A stretch of 64,000 nt of DNA, taken from Laetmonice hystrix. Taxonomy: Eukaryota. Below the pieces are notes generated by a model. The model was not told the origin of the DNA, made no database searches, and saw only the letters and a program-made list of their open reading frames with translations. A program made the position numbers and the translations under genes. Positions within the stretch are counted from its first letter, which is position 1. Every line of letters begins with the position of its first letter. The stretch spans positions 50,284,001 through 50,348,000 of the forward strand of contig OZ249436.1 of the NCBI GenBank assembly GCA_965235115.1, in the 5' to 3' direction. Below are positions 40,581 through 53,853 of this stretch, piece by piece.

Positions 40581-43500
40581 TGTAACCGCTCGACAGAGGG
40601 CGAGATGACCTGTAACCGGACGACAGAGGACGACCTGTAACCGATCGACAGAGGACGAGATGACCTGTAAACGATCGACAGAGGACGAGATCACCTGTAA
40701 CTGGTCGACAGAGGACGAGATGACCTGTAACTGATCGACAGAGGACGAGATGACCTGTAACCAATCGACAGAGGACGAGATGACCTCTAACCGATCGACA
40801 GAGGACGAGATGACCTGTAACTGATCGACAGAGGACGAGATGACCTGTAACTGATCGACAGAGGACGAGATGACCTGTAACCGATCGACAGAGGGCGACC
40901 TGTAACCGCTCGACAGAGGGCGAGATGACCTGTAACCGCTCGACAGAGGACGAGATGACCTGTAACCGATCGACAGAGGACGAGATGGCCTGTAACTGAT
41001 CGACAGAGAGCGAGATGACCTGTAACCGATCGACAGAGGGCGACCTGTAACCGCTCGACAGAGGGCGAGATGACCTGTAACCGATCGACAGAGGACGAGA
41101 TGACCTGTAACCGATCGACAGAGGACGAGATGACCTGTAACCAATCGACAGAGGACGAGATGACCTGAAACCGATCGACAGAGGACGACCTGTAACCGAT
41201 CGACAGAGGACGAGATGACCTGTAACCGATCGACAGAGGGCGAGATGACCTGTAACCAATCGACAGAGGGCGAGATGACCTGTAACTGATCGACAGAGGG
41301 CGAGATGACCTGCAACCGATGGACAGAGGGTGAGACGACCTGTAACTGATCGACAGAGGGCGAGATGACCTGTAACTGATCGACAGAGGGCGAGATGACC
41401 TATAACCGATCGACAGAGGGCGACCTGTAACCGCTCGACAGAGGGCGACCTGTAACCGCTCGACAGAGGACGAGATGACCTGTAACCGCTCGACAGCTAG
41501 AGGACGAGATGACCTGTAACCGATCGACAGAGGACGAGATGGCCTGTAACTGATCGACAGAGAGCGAGATGACCTGTAACCGCTCGACAGAGGGCGACCT
41601 GTAACCGCTCGACAGAGGGCGAGATGACCTGTAACCGATCGACAGAGGACGAGATGACCTGTAACCGATCGACAGAGGACGAGATGACCTGTAACCGATC
41701 GACAGAGGGCAAGATGACCTGTAACCAATCGACAGAGGGCGAGATGACCTGTAACTGATCGACAGAGGACGAGATGGCCTGTAACTGATCGACAGAGAGC
41801 GAGATGACCTGTAACCGATCGACAGAGGGCGACCTGTAACCGATCGACAGAGGACGAGATGACCTGTAACCGATCGACAGAGGACGAGATGACCTGTAAC
41901 CGATCGACAGAGGACGAGATGACCTGTAACCGATCGACAGAGGACGAGATGACCTGTAACCAATCGACAGAGGACGAGATGACCTGTAACCGATGGACAG
42001 AGGGTGAGACGACCTGTAACTGATCGACAGAGGGCGAGATGACCTGTAACCGATCGACAGAGGACGACCTGTAACCGATCGACAGAGGACGAGATGACCT
42101 GTAACCGATCGACAGAGGGCGAGATGACCTGTAACCAATCGACAGAGGGCGAGATGACCTGTAACTGATCGACAGAGAGCGAGATGACCTGTAACCGATG
42201 GACAGAGGGTGAGACGACCTGTAACTGATCGACAGAGGGCGAGATGACCTGTACCTGATCGACAGAGGGCGAGATGACCTGTAACCGCTCGACAGAGGGC
42301 GACCTGTAACCGCTCGACAGAGGACGAGATGACCTGTAACCGATCGACAGAGGATGACCTGTAACCGATCGACAGAGGGTGACCTGTAACCGGTCGACAG
42401 AGGATGACCTGTAACTGATCGACAGAGAGCGAGATGACCTGTAACCGATCGAAAGAGGGCGAGATGACCTGTAACCGATTGACAGAGGACAAGATGACCT
42501 GTAACCGATCGACAGAGGGCGAGATGACCTGTAACCGATCGACAGAGGGTAAGACGACCTGTAACTGATCGACAGAGGGCGAGATGACCTGTAACTGATC
42601 GACAGAGGGCGAGATGATCTGTAACCGATCGACAGAGGGCGACCTGTAACCGATCGACAGAGGGCGACCTGTAACCGCTCGATAGAGGACGAGATGACCT
42701 GTAACCGATCGACAGAGGATGACCTGTAACCGATCGACAGAGGATGACCTGTAACTGATCGACAGAGAGCGAGATGATCTGTAACCGATCGAAAGAGGGC
42801 GAGATGACCTGTAACCGATCGACAGAGGACGACCTGTAACCGATCGACAGAGGACGAGATGACCTGTAACCGATCGACAGAGGACGAGATGACCTGTAAC
42901 CGATCGACAGAGGACGACCTGTAACCGATCGACAGAGGACGACCTGTAACCGATCGACAGAGGACGAGATGACCTGTAACCGTGCAGCAGCGACTGAACT
43001 GACAGGCAAACGGAGAAATTTTCATACCAGAGACTTATCAAATAAATACGAGATGACCTGTAACCGATCGACAGAGGGTAAGACGACCTGTAACTGATCG
43101 ACAGAGGGCGAGATGACCTGTAACTGATCGACAGAGGGCGAGATGACCTGTAACCGATCGACAGAGGGCGACCTGTAACCGATCGACAGAGGGCGACCTG
43201 TAACCGCTCGACAGAGGACGAGATGACCTGTAACCGATCGACAGAGGATGACCTGTAACCGATCGACAGAGGATGACCTGTAACTGATCGACAGAGAGCG
43301 AGATGATCTGTAACCGATCGAAAGAGGGCGAGATGACCTGTAACCGATCGACAGAGGACGAGATGACCTGTAACCGATTGACAGAGGGCGACCTGTAACC
43401 GATCGACAGAGGGCGACCTGTAACCGCTCGACAGAGGACGAGATGACCTGTAACCGATCGACAGAGGATGACCTGTAACCGATCGACAGAGGATGACCTG

Positions 43501-43935
43501 TAACTGATCGACAGAGAGCGAGATGATCTGTAACCGATCGAAAGAGGGCGAGATGACCTGTAACCGATCGACAGAGGACGAGATGACCTGTAACCGATTG
43601 ACAGAGGACGAGATGACCTGTAACCGATCGACAGAGGGCGAGATGACCTGTAACCGATCGACAGAGGGAGAGATGACCTGTAACCGATCGACAGAGGACG
43701 AGATGACCTGTAACCGATCGATAGAGGACGACCTGTAACCGATCGACAGAGGACGAGATGACCTGTAACCGATCGATGGAGGACGACCTGTAACCGATCG
43801 ACAGAGGACGACCTGTAACCGATCGACAGAGGACGAGATGACCTGTAACCGATCGACAGAGGACGACCTGTAACCGATCGACAGAGGACGAGATGACCTG
43901 TAACCGATCGACAGAGGACGATATGACCTGTAACC
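40581..43935. repeat. Minisatellite, 25/30-bp units, more than 100 copies, interrupted once by a copy of its right flank
   Basis: Unit gacctgtaaccgatcgacagaggac(gagat). Confidence 0.99.
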
Positions 43936-46900
43936 GTGCAGCAGCGACTGCACTGACAGGCAAACGTAGAAATTTTCATACCAGAGACTTATAAAATAAA
44001 TACGGTGGCAGAGGGGTTAAATAAAGATTATTCAAAAATCTTTTCCCCGCTTTTTTGCATGTTTACTGATTCAGTGCATGGAGAAGACTGTGGCAGGAAT
44101 CATTAGGACGACGAGAATTACCTAATTGTGGCATCCAAAAAAGAATTATTCAAATGTTTTAATCAAATTCTGTTGATCATTAAGAGATTTGATTTTCGTC
44201 GTCATCAACATCATAATGAAATACTTTTGTTTTACGTTAATTTAAAATTCTTACTTGATAACCGCTGATAACGATGACTTATAATTCGTAGGCCTACATA
44301 GTACGATGTTATAGCATATTATCATGATATATTGTTTCTGTAAAGCTCATATGTTTAGAAGGACAACGCCGATACTAGTTTATACCAACCAGTTATATTC
44401 ATGAGCGTAATGCCACATTTTGATGTTACAGTATTATCTTAGAATATAACCGACCGATTCTACATTCTCCTTCAACAGAATCATTTTAACCGAATGCTCT
44501 GAAACAATAAATGCGATCGTTTCACGTCATATCCACATGTTTCCCGGCTCCTCCCCCCCCCGTCGGGGGTTGGGGGGGTTGTTACCTGGCCACAGGACTG
44601 TTAATTCGTTCAGTCCATCAAAGTACTTCCAATTAAATTCACAAGGCAACTTTTGGTCATGAGGAACTTCAAACGTTTTTATCCCAAATCAAATTGTCCT
44701 TCTGTGAGTAAAATGACGACAGAAATACGTCGACAGAAATACGTCGACAGAAATACGTGGAGGGAAAGTACACTGAGCGTTATTTCTATCCTTCCACTTC
44801 CCGTCGGTACAAGCTTCATTGCGCTGTAATCTACAAGTTCCCCCGGGTTCCTCAGGCAATAATTGGTCAATTTCCCAACATACTGACTTATGCCGATCTG
44901 AGCGCAGCGCCCAACCAGATCTATTATGTAGACGATAGTCGTTTGCTTCATGTCGTGCAGGTCTGCTCTCGAGAGAATACGTCAATGATGAATAACGCTG
45001 ATAAGATTACGTTTATTTAGTCTGTGTTTATGACGCTACATCACCTGTCAGCCGTCTACGAAACACTGATTTTGTAAGGGTCAGCAGTATCAGAAAGGCG
45101 CAGGAAACGGAATATCTTCAAACAACAAGAGCCATGATTCACGTATTAACAATGTAAAAGGGGGCCGTTTCCAAAATCGCAACTGGAAAGAACTCGCATG
45201 AAACATTCTGGAAATGCGTTATCTGCTTTCCCCTGTTATATTCTGGTGTGCGGATGTTTGTACTATGATCGCCGAGTCGATGGTTTAAGTAGCGATTGGT
45301 TTAAGAAGTGCCGATAGTCCGGCCTTGTCTTTGTCTGCATCATTTATCTGGGGAAAAGAATTGTTTTTGGAGGGAATTGTTTCAAGAACCACCACGTACC
45401 CATCGCTGCCATGATCCCATTTTCTTCAAGTGTCTCTCCGCCATCCAATTACATCTCTGTGAGAGAAAAAGGACAACACTGCCATCAACCAAACACACTG
45501 GAGAAACTGTTTTACGATGGAGGAGGAAGAGGAGTGGGACCCAGGCAATGTCTACTTCATCCACCTGTCCGCTAGTGTGTATCAAACCACTTGGCCAAGC
45601 ACGGCTGGCCAACCAGGAGACCGCCATTGTCACAGGCCTCGCCTTCAGACTTTACAGAAATACCACTTCAACGTGGCTACTTCGTACACTGGAGGACCCA
45701 GCCGCTCACGTCAAGGCAAATTGCTTTTAGAGTGTTCCTGCTCCCTTAGCTGCTCATCCGAATCAATACCGGGTAGTTGTGTGGGTCGGGCGATGACGAC
45801 CGTTTCTAATCCGCATCCAAGGCGCCAAATCTGCATACCCGCGCGCCACCTAGCGTCCCTTTGAGGGGATCATGTTCGACGTCAGCCCTCGGAATCCAGT
45901 GCACAGGGCCCGGTATCATCACTGACGGGGTGGGGTACGGACCACCATCAAATGGTAGGCTCGACGGTCACCCCCGTGGGAATAGTTCAATCTATTTCAT
46001 GTTCTCGCTAAAACCACTTCTGAAACATTGCGTATTGACATTTGTCTGCTTCTAACAATAAAGGCGTCTTCTAAAGTAAAGTACAGAAACCTCCGATTCA
46101 ACTGCATGCTAGTCTCGAAACAAGCCCAGATTGCTTTACAAACTAGGCTTTCCTGCTGTCTTTAGATAGCTCGGCGATTTCTATATTAATCGAGGCACAA
46201 ATGTTGAAATTTGTGGATGTAATTTCGCTCCAACTCTCATAAACCGCGCGCCGTTATTGACATTTTGTCGGTTTATTGGGAAATATTATAGATGCCCCGG
46301 AGGGGCGACCGTAAATGTAACAAATTGGCATGACCTCACGTCTTACGGCACTGATTTTAATCTACATTGTATGTCAGGATGGATGTGTGAATGTGTGTAT
46401 CCCGAAACATGAAACATATAAATGGAGGCCTATACTTATATAGTTCAGCAACTTTTCACCTATTCATATCCCCTCAGAAATTCTCACATGCCACTGTGAT
46501 GTACCCCCAGCACCCCCATGATCGGTGCCGAATCTATCAGTACCAAGTGCCGAGGGTGAGAACTAGCAGGGGTCACATACACGCCTGACCCGAACACTGT
46601 GCGTGTAGACGGGCAGTCATTAGCCACAGCCGCCGTCTCTCTGCACGGGGATGGCACCACAGGGGTCGGACACGATGAGCCGCCAAGTATGCTAACAATG
46701 AGAAGATGTTGATCTCGTCCCTGTGTGGGGGGTAAGGAATCAGGGCGTGGCTGGCCGCCCACTCTCCCGGTGGGGTTCAGAGGTCGGGGTTACCACCAGG
46801 GGTACATTGATGGGGTGGACCACGAGTTGATTCGGTATCAGTCGTCCTCAGTAGTGAGCTGTGTGGGTGGCCGAAGTGAACGGTGAACTTTGTCAACCTC

Positions 46901-47422
46901 AAGGCGCGTGGTGTGTCCTTCTGTTGACATCAGATAGTATGCTCCCCAATCACTAGATGACACCATGCAAGTCGACTGAAGACAGAGATATGACGGATAA
47001 AAATGGCATGATTCTGTGTGTTATGGGAGATCCGAATCGGTGACACTTCCCCTCAGATTTCTACCTGTCATCCAACCTGTCAAACATTTCAAACTATTTT
47101 TGTGTCCGTCATGAGCCGGCTGGACTCAGAAAGACCCCTGGTAGACCGGGGCTGGGAACTAGTCCTGATAATGAAATACAATAAAACATGTACTTGTCGC
47201 TATACCTAACCACGTCTATGACCTAACTTAAGTTACCAACTGTGTTATAAATCATGTTGGGGTTCTTGTGTAGAAGTGATGGACATTACTACATAACTTC
47301 ATGCTGTAGTTCTAGCTTCATTGCCTCTGCGTATTCTCGCCACACTGATTATTAACTGGCGTGAATCTTGATATATTGTAAGAGATAACAAGCAGAGAAG
47401 AGATGTAGTTTTACTAACATAC

Positions 47423-47501
47423 CGGGTGGACCCTGGATACCTTGTAAACCAGGTGGACAATATTCCTTGGTGGCCGAGCAGAACTCTTGCAGAGCGAACA
47501 C
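47423..47501 (-). CDS. Collagen gene exon, Cys motif and start of helix: VFALQEFCSATKEYCPPGLQGIQGPP(G)
   Basis: 79 bp; acceptor tttctgtttcag, donor G|gtatgt; phase 0 in, phase 1 out. Confidence 0.9.
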
Positions 47502-50459
47502 CTGAAACAGAAATCCAACACTCCTGTAATAAAAAATCACGGACACATGTAACAAAATACCCCCCTATTTCTTGCACTCGTTCGAACCTCACAACGCTTT
47601 GAATCGACTGGCTTTGCTATTTACACTCGTTTGCAATGCTAGCTTTCTGTGGAAATAAATATTCAGCATTAAACCAGAAGTTGCAAAATCCACGTTAAAC
47701 AAGGTATGAATTCAATTAGAAAAAATTACTGGTTTGTGTGGGGTGTCTTTTCCGTAAACATTACAATTACACCTTTTTTTCTTTTAACACCCATGTAAAG
47801 AAAATACACCAGTACGATACCGGAGCTGGAACCTCGAGAGAGGTGTGTTTATTATTCTGTACATGTACATCAAACCCAAAATAAATATAATTAAGGATCA
47901 CAGGGAATTACGACTTTATTGATCTTCATTAAGGTTTTGTTTAATCAAGGACGACTCGTTGTGTGGATTCAGATTAATATAGAGACAAACATATCACCAG
48001 ATTCCACTGCCTTTCATGGAGGCAGGAGAATATTAGTTGATCTTGTAGATAATCACATCTCCTGTTTTCACAGGCGTGTGGTGTTGGACTGATTAGCTAG
48101 AATGATCAGAGCTTCCTTCACGTCGAAGAGTGCATTTACACTCTGAGAACATGACCTCTGCTGGTCAACATTTGAACAGCTCATGCAAATTAATGCGAAA
48201 CACTCCAAATTAGATTTGATAAATCGAGTGTATTGCGATGATTACCTGCATATATAGGTTTAATTCTGGGTCCGGAAGAAATAACTTCCTTTGTGCTAAT
48301 TTCATGCGACGGAAGCGAATAATATATGCTTGATTTCCTCTTGATCTACGACCCGTCTGCCAGACATTATTTTTTATGAGTCACGCAGGCTTAGTTGATA
48401 GATTAAACGAATCCATATTAGGCTCAAATAAATGTCTGATGTTCTTAAGAAAGTAATTGGTATTCCAAGCGGGTGTGTAATTGATGGTTTGACAACATGA
48501 GGTTCCCTAACGACAACATCAATGCCCACCACACCCAGAAGTCTGCCTACTAATAGACACAGCACGTTTACCACTACCAACAGTATTATAACCCAAACAT
48601 CAAAATGTTCACTTGAATCTACCGTTTCCCTTGTGTCAGTCAAGGTTGTACTCATGTACCTGTCATATCTGTACCTTTATATATCTGTTAACAACAAAAC
48701 ATGTCATCTTTATATTCAGTGTTTCTGCCTACCGTCGTACGAGACAGAGACTTTTTTCTCTCTTCAACCCCCGATCATAAAGAGATACTAATTTTATGTA
48801 GGCCAACAGCAGTCTTACCAGATTAATACTTATGTCCCATTTTACTTTTTATCTCTCTTTTTGTACATTTTTTGTTATCCTGCTGAGCCTTCCTTAATTA
48901 AAGAACTCACATGGATTCGAAGATTGAAAGATGCTGTACCATTTCAAAGACTTTTTTCACTATATGGCGCATGGCAAAGCTAGAAATACTTACCACTTTT
49001 CTTACATTTTTGGCGACAATTATGCATTTCTCTATGTATAAGGTGACATTACGCGTCATATCCACAATATATTGTAGTTAGAACTGGAGGGAGGGTAATT
49101 TATAAAACTTGAAGTCATAATGCGTAATGAAGCTTGACCTCTACCTAAAGTCCTACAATTGGTAAGAACAGAAAGATTAGCTTGCTGCCAGCTCTAGTCC
49201 AAAGTTGTTCCAGGTTATGTCTGGCGGGAGGACGAGTGGCTATGGGACCCAGACACTAATCATTTCCTGGCTGGCCTTTGTTAACCTTACTCAGACAGAC
49301 ACAGTCAGGACTAAGTTAGCGGCTGTCTACAAAAGTAGAAGTGTGCGAAGTTCCAGTCCATGCACCATTCCGCCGCAGCCATTTCGGAATATTTTGCGGA
49401 AACTGCATTTGCTGATTTGTTGCTGTTGGACTTCCGAGGCCTATTTTGGTTGGGGCTAGAAAAGAATTAATTTTGCCCGAAAAATGTTAAGGCATTGGAA
49501 AACTTCTGGCCACAAATCAGGGACGTCCTCACCAAAAATATAATATGTCCGTCCAGGAACAATATCAGAGACATCAGTCAGGTGCTGACTTAAGCTATAT
49601 TAAAGGGACATACTAACTCGACTAGTAGTCTGAGCCATTAGACTAGCTTATATCCAGTCATTCTTTGCCGAATACATTCACATCATTAGAAAAAATATGG
49701 TTGGATTATGTAAGCATGTAAGTAGGTTACAGTCAGTGACTCAGTTGTTATTCTCCGATGTTATAGAGTATGATAGTCGACCAGTCACCAACTAGAGTTG
49801 GTACACACTGAGATACACACTGTAAAGAATACCTCCTAGTGTCTGTTCTCTCATAAAATCTCTTCTTCTTGATCATTCTTAATATCTTTGAAGGAAGAAG
49901 ATCCATCCACTCAAGCGCGCGTCTTATTAATTTGCCCATCACGTTTAATTGACCCACTTATAAATCAGATGAGATAGAGAGATAAACTCACAAATTACCG
50001 GTGACAGGGCAATCAAAACATTACGACTAGACCATCCAGTGTATCACGATTGGTTTATTGGTTCCAACCAATGTTACAGTCGTTTCACCGAGCATCGCCA
50101 AGCTCAATTTGTTTTTACCACCGCGCAGGAGAAGATTTCCAGGTCAAGGAAAGAATAAACATGTAGCTGATTACCATGATTGTCATGAAACGTTGGTTGA
50201 TAATCTGTTATATACACACACCTTCGGTAATAGACCCACCCTTCAACTGATATGTATGATATGCCATTGAATACTTAGGGTAGAAACTGTAATTACCTCT
50301 CTCAATAAAACCAATTATACACGGCAAACAATCGACCTCCCCAAGACAATTCAGAATCCCTTCACTGTCTCAGAGATCGCGAATATTAGGCCCCCCCTAT
50401 GTACTAATCTCGAGAGGTATTTTCTGAGAACAGGAGTATGTAAAGGAACACACTGTATA

Positions 50460-51027
50460 AAATATTGAAAACTACCAAATGCCGATTTCATTCCTAAAAG
50501 GATAAAAGATCTCGAAAAGATGCCTAAAACCCGGCGATGATTATCCCGTTTTCATTGCGAATGCTGTAGGAAAATGTGGACATTTCCCATAGAACACGAA
50601 ACGGTGTACACCATGACAAGTTTACTTGCTAAACACCGTAAACAACAAGAACAAGAAACGGTGTACACCATTACAAGTTTACTTGCTAAACACCGTAAAC
50701 AACAAGAACAAGAAACGGTGTACACCATGACAAGTTTACTTGCTAAACACCGTAAACAACAAGAACAAGAAACGGTGTACACCATTACAAGTTTACTTGC
50801 TAAACACCGTAAACAACAAGAACAAGAAACGGTGTACACCATGACAAGTTTACTTGCTAAACACCGTAAACAACAAGAACAAGAAACGGTGTACACCATA
50901 ACAAGTTTACTTGCTAAACATCAGGGAACAGATATAGCAATCGGCGCAAGTTGAAAGGTAGAATTGTTTTTTCCGCCTTTTTGCCCTTTTAGAGAAGAAA
51001 ATCGGCATTCGATACTTTTCAATATTT
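50460..51027. mobile_element. Foldback/MITE-like element with imperfect TIRs of about 55 bp enclosing a 60-bp tandem array
   Basis: aaatattgaaaactaccaaatgccgatttcattcctaaaagg versus the reverse complement of the right end, aaatattgaaaagtatcgaatgccgattttcttctctaaaagg. Confidence 0.65.
50592..50920. repeat. Minisatellite, 60-bp unit, about 5.5 copies
   Basis: Unit gaaacggtgtacaccatKacaagtttacttgctaaacaccgtaaacaacaagaacaa; atg and att variants alternate. Confidence 0.97.
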
Positions 51028-52130
51028 CTCGCAATCCCTGTAAGTAGCAGTCGATCTCTTACCATGAGATATATCTAAGCAAGGATCTATTACCACTCTT
51101 CACGCCATCGGTGCAAACCGCTCGAGACTTTGCAACACTTCAGACTTCAAAGGCGACGCTGTCGGAAAGAGACAAAGTCAGAACTTTTAAGACGTTAACA
51201 GTCTCTTTAACCGTGGATACTGTATTTGTAATGATCCCGGCATTTCCTTGTTGTTTGTAAGAGGCGAGGAATGGGGCGAAGTGGTAGAGCGTCGTATTGC
51301 GAAAATCATAGGTGTGACATCCAAGTGTTTTGCTCCAGTGTCATTTCTATTCACTACTGTGATCTGGGTCATCAGGGCTGGACTGTAATCTAATGTTTGT
51401 GTCTGTGAGACTGAATATATATAATCGAACTTTTTCCATTTCTCAATCGTGGAACTCAAGCTCCCATCTGAATAAGATACAAGTTGCATTCTCACCTGAA
51501 ATGTGGCTAAAATACTCCTCGGATCTCCTCGGGATCTTCTACAGCTGAATTTGTTTAAACCACCATCTTGTGCAATGCCCAGGTTTTGTAACCACGATTA
51601 CACAAGTCCTACAGCAGCTCTTACTCTATACAACGAAACAGACTGAATGAATCCTTCATATCGTCTGTAGAGGGAGAACGGTTCGAGACATCAAGCCAAA
51701 GTGCTGTACTCATCAGATAACAGTTAAGTATTCATTACCGTCTTCCTGATGCCTTGTAAACGGTCTCCCTAACTGTCTTACTGACTGTCTCCACGTCGAC
51801 AAGACCTACTCTCGAGTTTTAGTGATATAAGCTGTCAGCATGGCGATACCATTGGAACTGGGGACCCACTGTCTCCGCTGGTTAATGCTTGTATATCCTC
51901 ATCTGTTCTGTGCCACTCAATACAGGTGGTGCTGAGGAAGTACGTTGGTGTTTGACGGTACGTGTATCTCATCATTCGGCAAGATTTGGCAGGAATTACA
52001 ACCCCGGATAATCCCTTGGAGAATACCCTGGAGGTGGCCACACATTCCACTGTGGAATGCTGAAACACGTGTTTTATCATCATGTACTACAGAGCTCTGA
52101 TAACCGTATAATGTTTTGCTCTCTTTTTGG

Positions 52131-53853
52131 CCCACCTACAGATCAAACTGACTCGGAACATTCTGACACCCCCACCTACAGATCAAACTGACTCGCAACA
52201 TTCTGACACCCCCACCTAGAGATCAAACTGACTCGGAACATTCTGACACCCCTACCTACAGATCAAACTGACTCGGAACATTCTGACACCCCCACCTACA
52301 GATCAAACTGACTCGGAACATTCTGACACCCCCACCTACAGATCAAACTGACTCGGAACATTCTGACACCCCCACCTACAGATCAAACTGACTCGCAACA
52401 TTCTGACACCCCCACCTACAGATCAAACTGACTCGGAACATTCTGACACCCCCACCTACAGATCAAACTGACTCGGAACATTCTGACACCCCCACCTACA
52501 GATCAAACTGACTCGGAACATTCTGACCCCCCACCTACAGATCAAACTGACTCGGAACATTCTGACACCCGCACCTACAGATCAAACTGACTCGGAACAT
52601 TCTGACCCCCCCCCCCACCTACAGATCAAACTGACTCGGAACATTCTGACCCCCCCCCCCCCACCTACAGATCAAACTGACTCGGAACATTCTGACACGC
52701 CCACCTACAGATCAAACTGACTCGCAACATTCTGACACCCCCACCTACAGATCAAACTGACTCGCAACATTCTAACACCCCCACCTACAGATCAACCTGA
52801 CTCGGAACATTCTGGCACCCCCACCTACAGATCAAACTGACTCGGAACATTCTGACACCCCCACCTACAGATCAAACTGACACCCCCACCTACAGATCAA
52901 ACTGACTCGGAACATTCTGACACCCCCACCTACAGATCAAACTGACTCGGAACATTCTGACACCCCCACCTACAGATCAAACTGACTCGGAACATTCTGA
53001 CCCCCCCCCCCCACCTACAGATCAAACTGACTCGGAACATTCTGACCCCCCCCCCCACCTACAGATCAAACTGACTCGGAACATTCTGACACCCCCACCT
53101 ACAGATCAAACTGACTCGGAACATTCTGACACCCCCACCTACAGATCAAACTGACTCGGAACATTCTGACACCCCCACCTACAGATCAAACTGACTCGGA
53201 ACATTCTGACACCCCCCCCCCCACCTACAGATCAAACTGACTCGGAACATTCTGACCCCCCCCCCCACCTACAGATCAAACTGACTCGGAACATTCTGAC
53301 ACGCCCACCTACAGATCAAACTGACTCGGAACATTCTGACACCCCCACCTACAGAGCAAACTGACTCGGAACATTCTGACACCCCCACCTACAGATCAAA
53401 CTGACTCGGAACATTCTCATACCCCCACCTACAGATCAAACTGACTCGGAACATTCTGACACCCCCACCTACAGATCAAACAGACTCGGAACATTCTGAC
53501 ACCCCTACCTACAGATCAAACTGACTTGGAACATTCTGACACCCCCACCTACAGATCAAACTGACTCGCAACATTCTGACACCCCCACCTACAGATCAAA
53601 CTGACTCGCAACATTCTGACACCCCCACCTACAGATCAAACTGACTCGCAACATTCTGACACCCCCACCTACAGATCAAACTGACTCGGAACATTCTGAC
53701 ACCCCCACCTACAGATCAAACTGACTCGGAACATTCTGACCCCCCCACCTACAGATCAAACTGACTCGCAACATTCTCATACCCCTACCTACAGATCAAA
53801 CTGACTCGGAACATTCTCATACCCCCACCTACAGATCAAACTGACTCGGAACA
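52131..53853. repeat. Minisatellite, 40-bp unit, about 43 copies
   Basis: Unit cccacctacagatcaaactgactcggaacattctgacacc, with a variable C run. Confidence 0.99.

Larger units (their letters stand above)
959..47501 (-). other. Partial multi-exon gene for a collagen-domain protein, probably gliomedin/colmedin-like (type II transmembrane collagen); 5' and 3' exons not identified in the window
   Basis: Seven exons with AG/GT boundaries and compatible phases join into 667 nt of open frame: VFALQEFCSATKEYCPP, 66 Gly-X-Y triplets, then AAPFNCS. The C-x6-C motif just before the helix resembles, from memory, the gliomedin/colmedin pre-collagen motif. No TM segment or olfactomedin domain is visible, so the family call is inferred. 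Confidence 0.8.

Noticed and set aside
40516..43979. Long minus-strand ORFs (247-818 aa)
   Set aside because: They are translations of the 25/30-bp minisatellite, which lacks stops on that strand. The 25-bp units shift frame constantly, so there is no sign of coding constraint.
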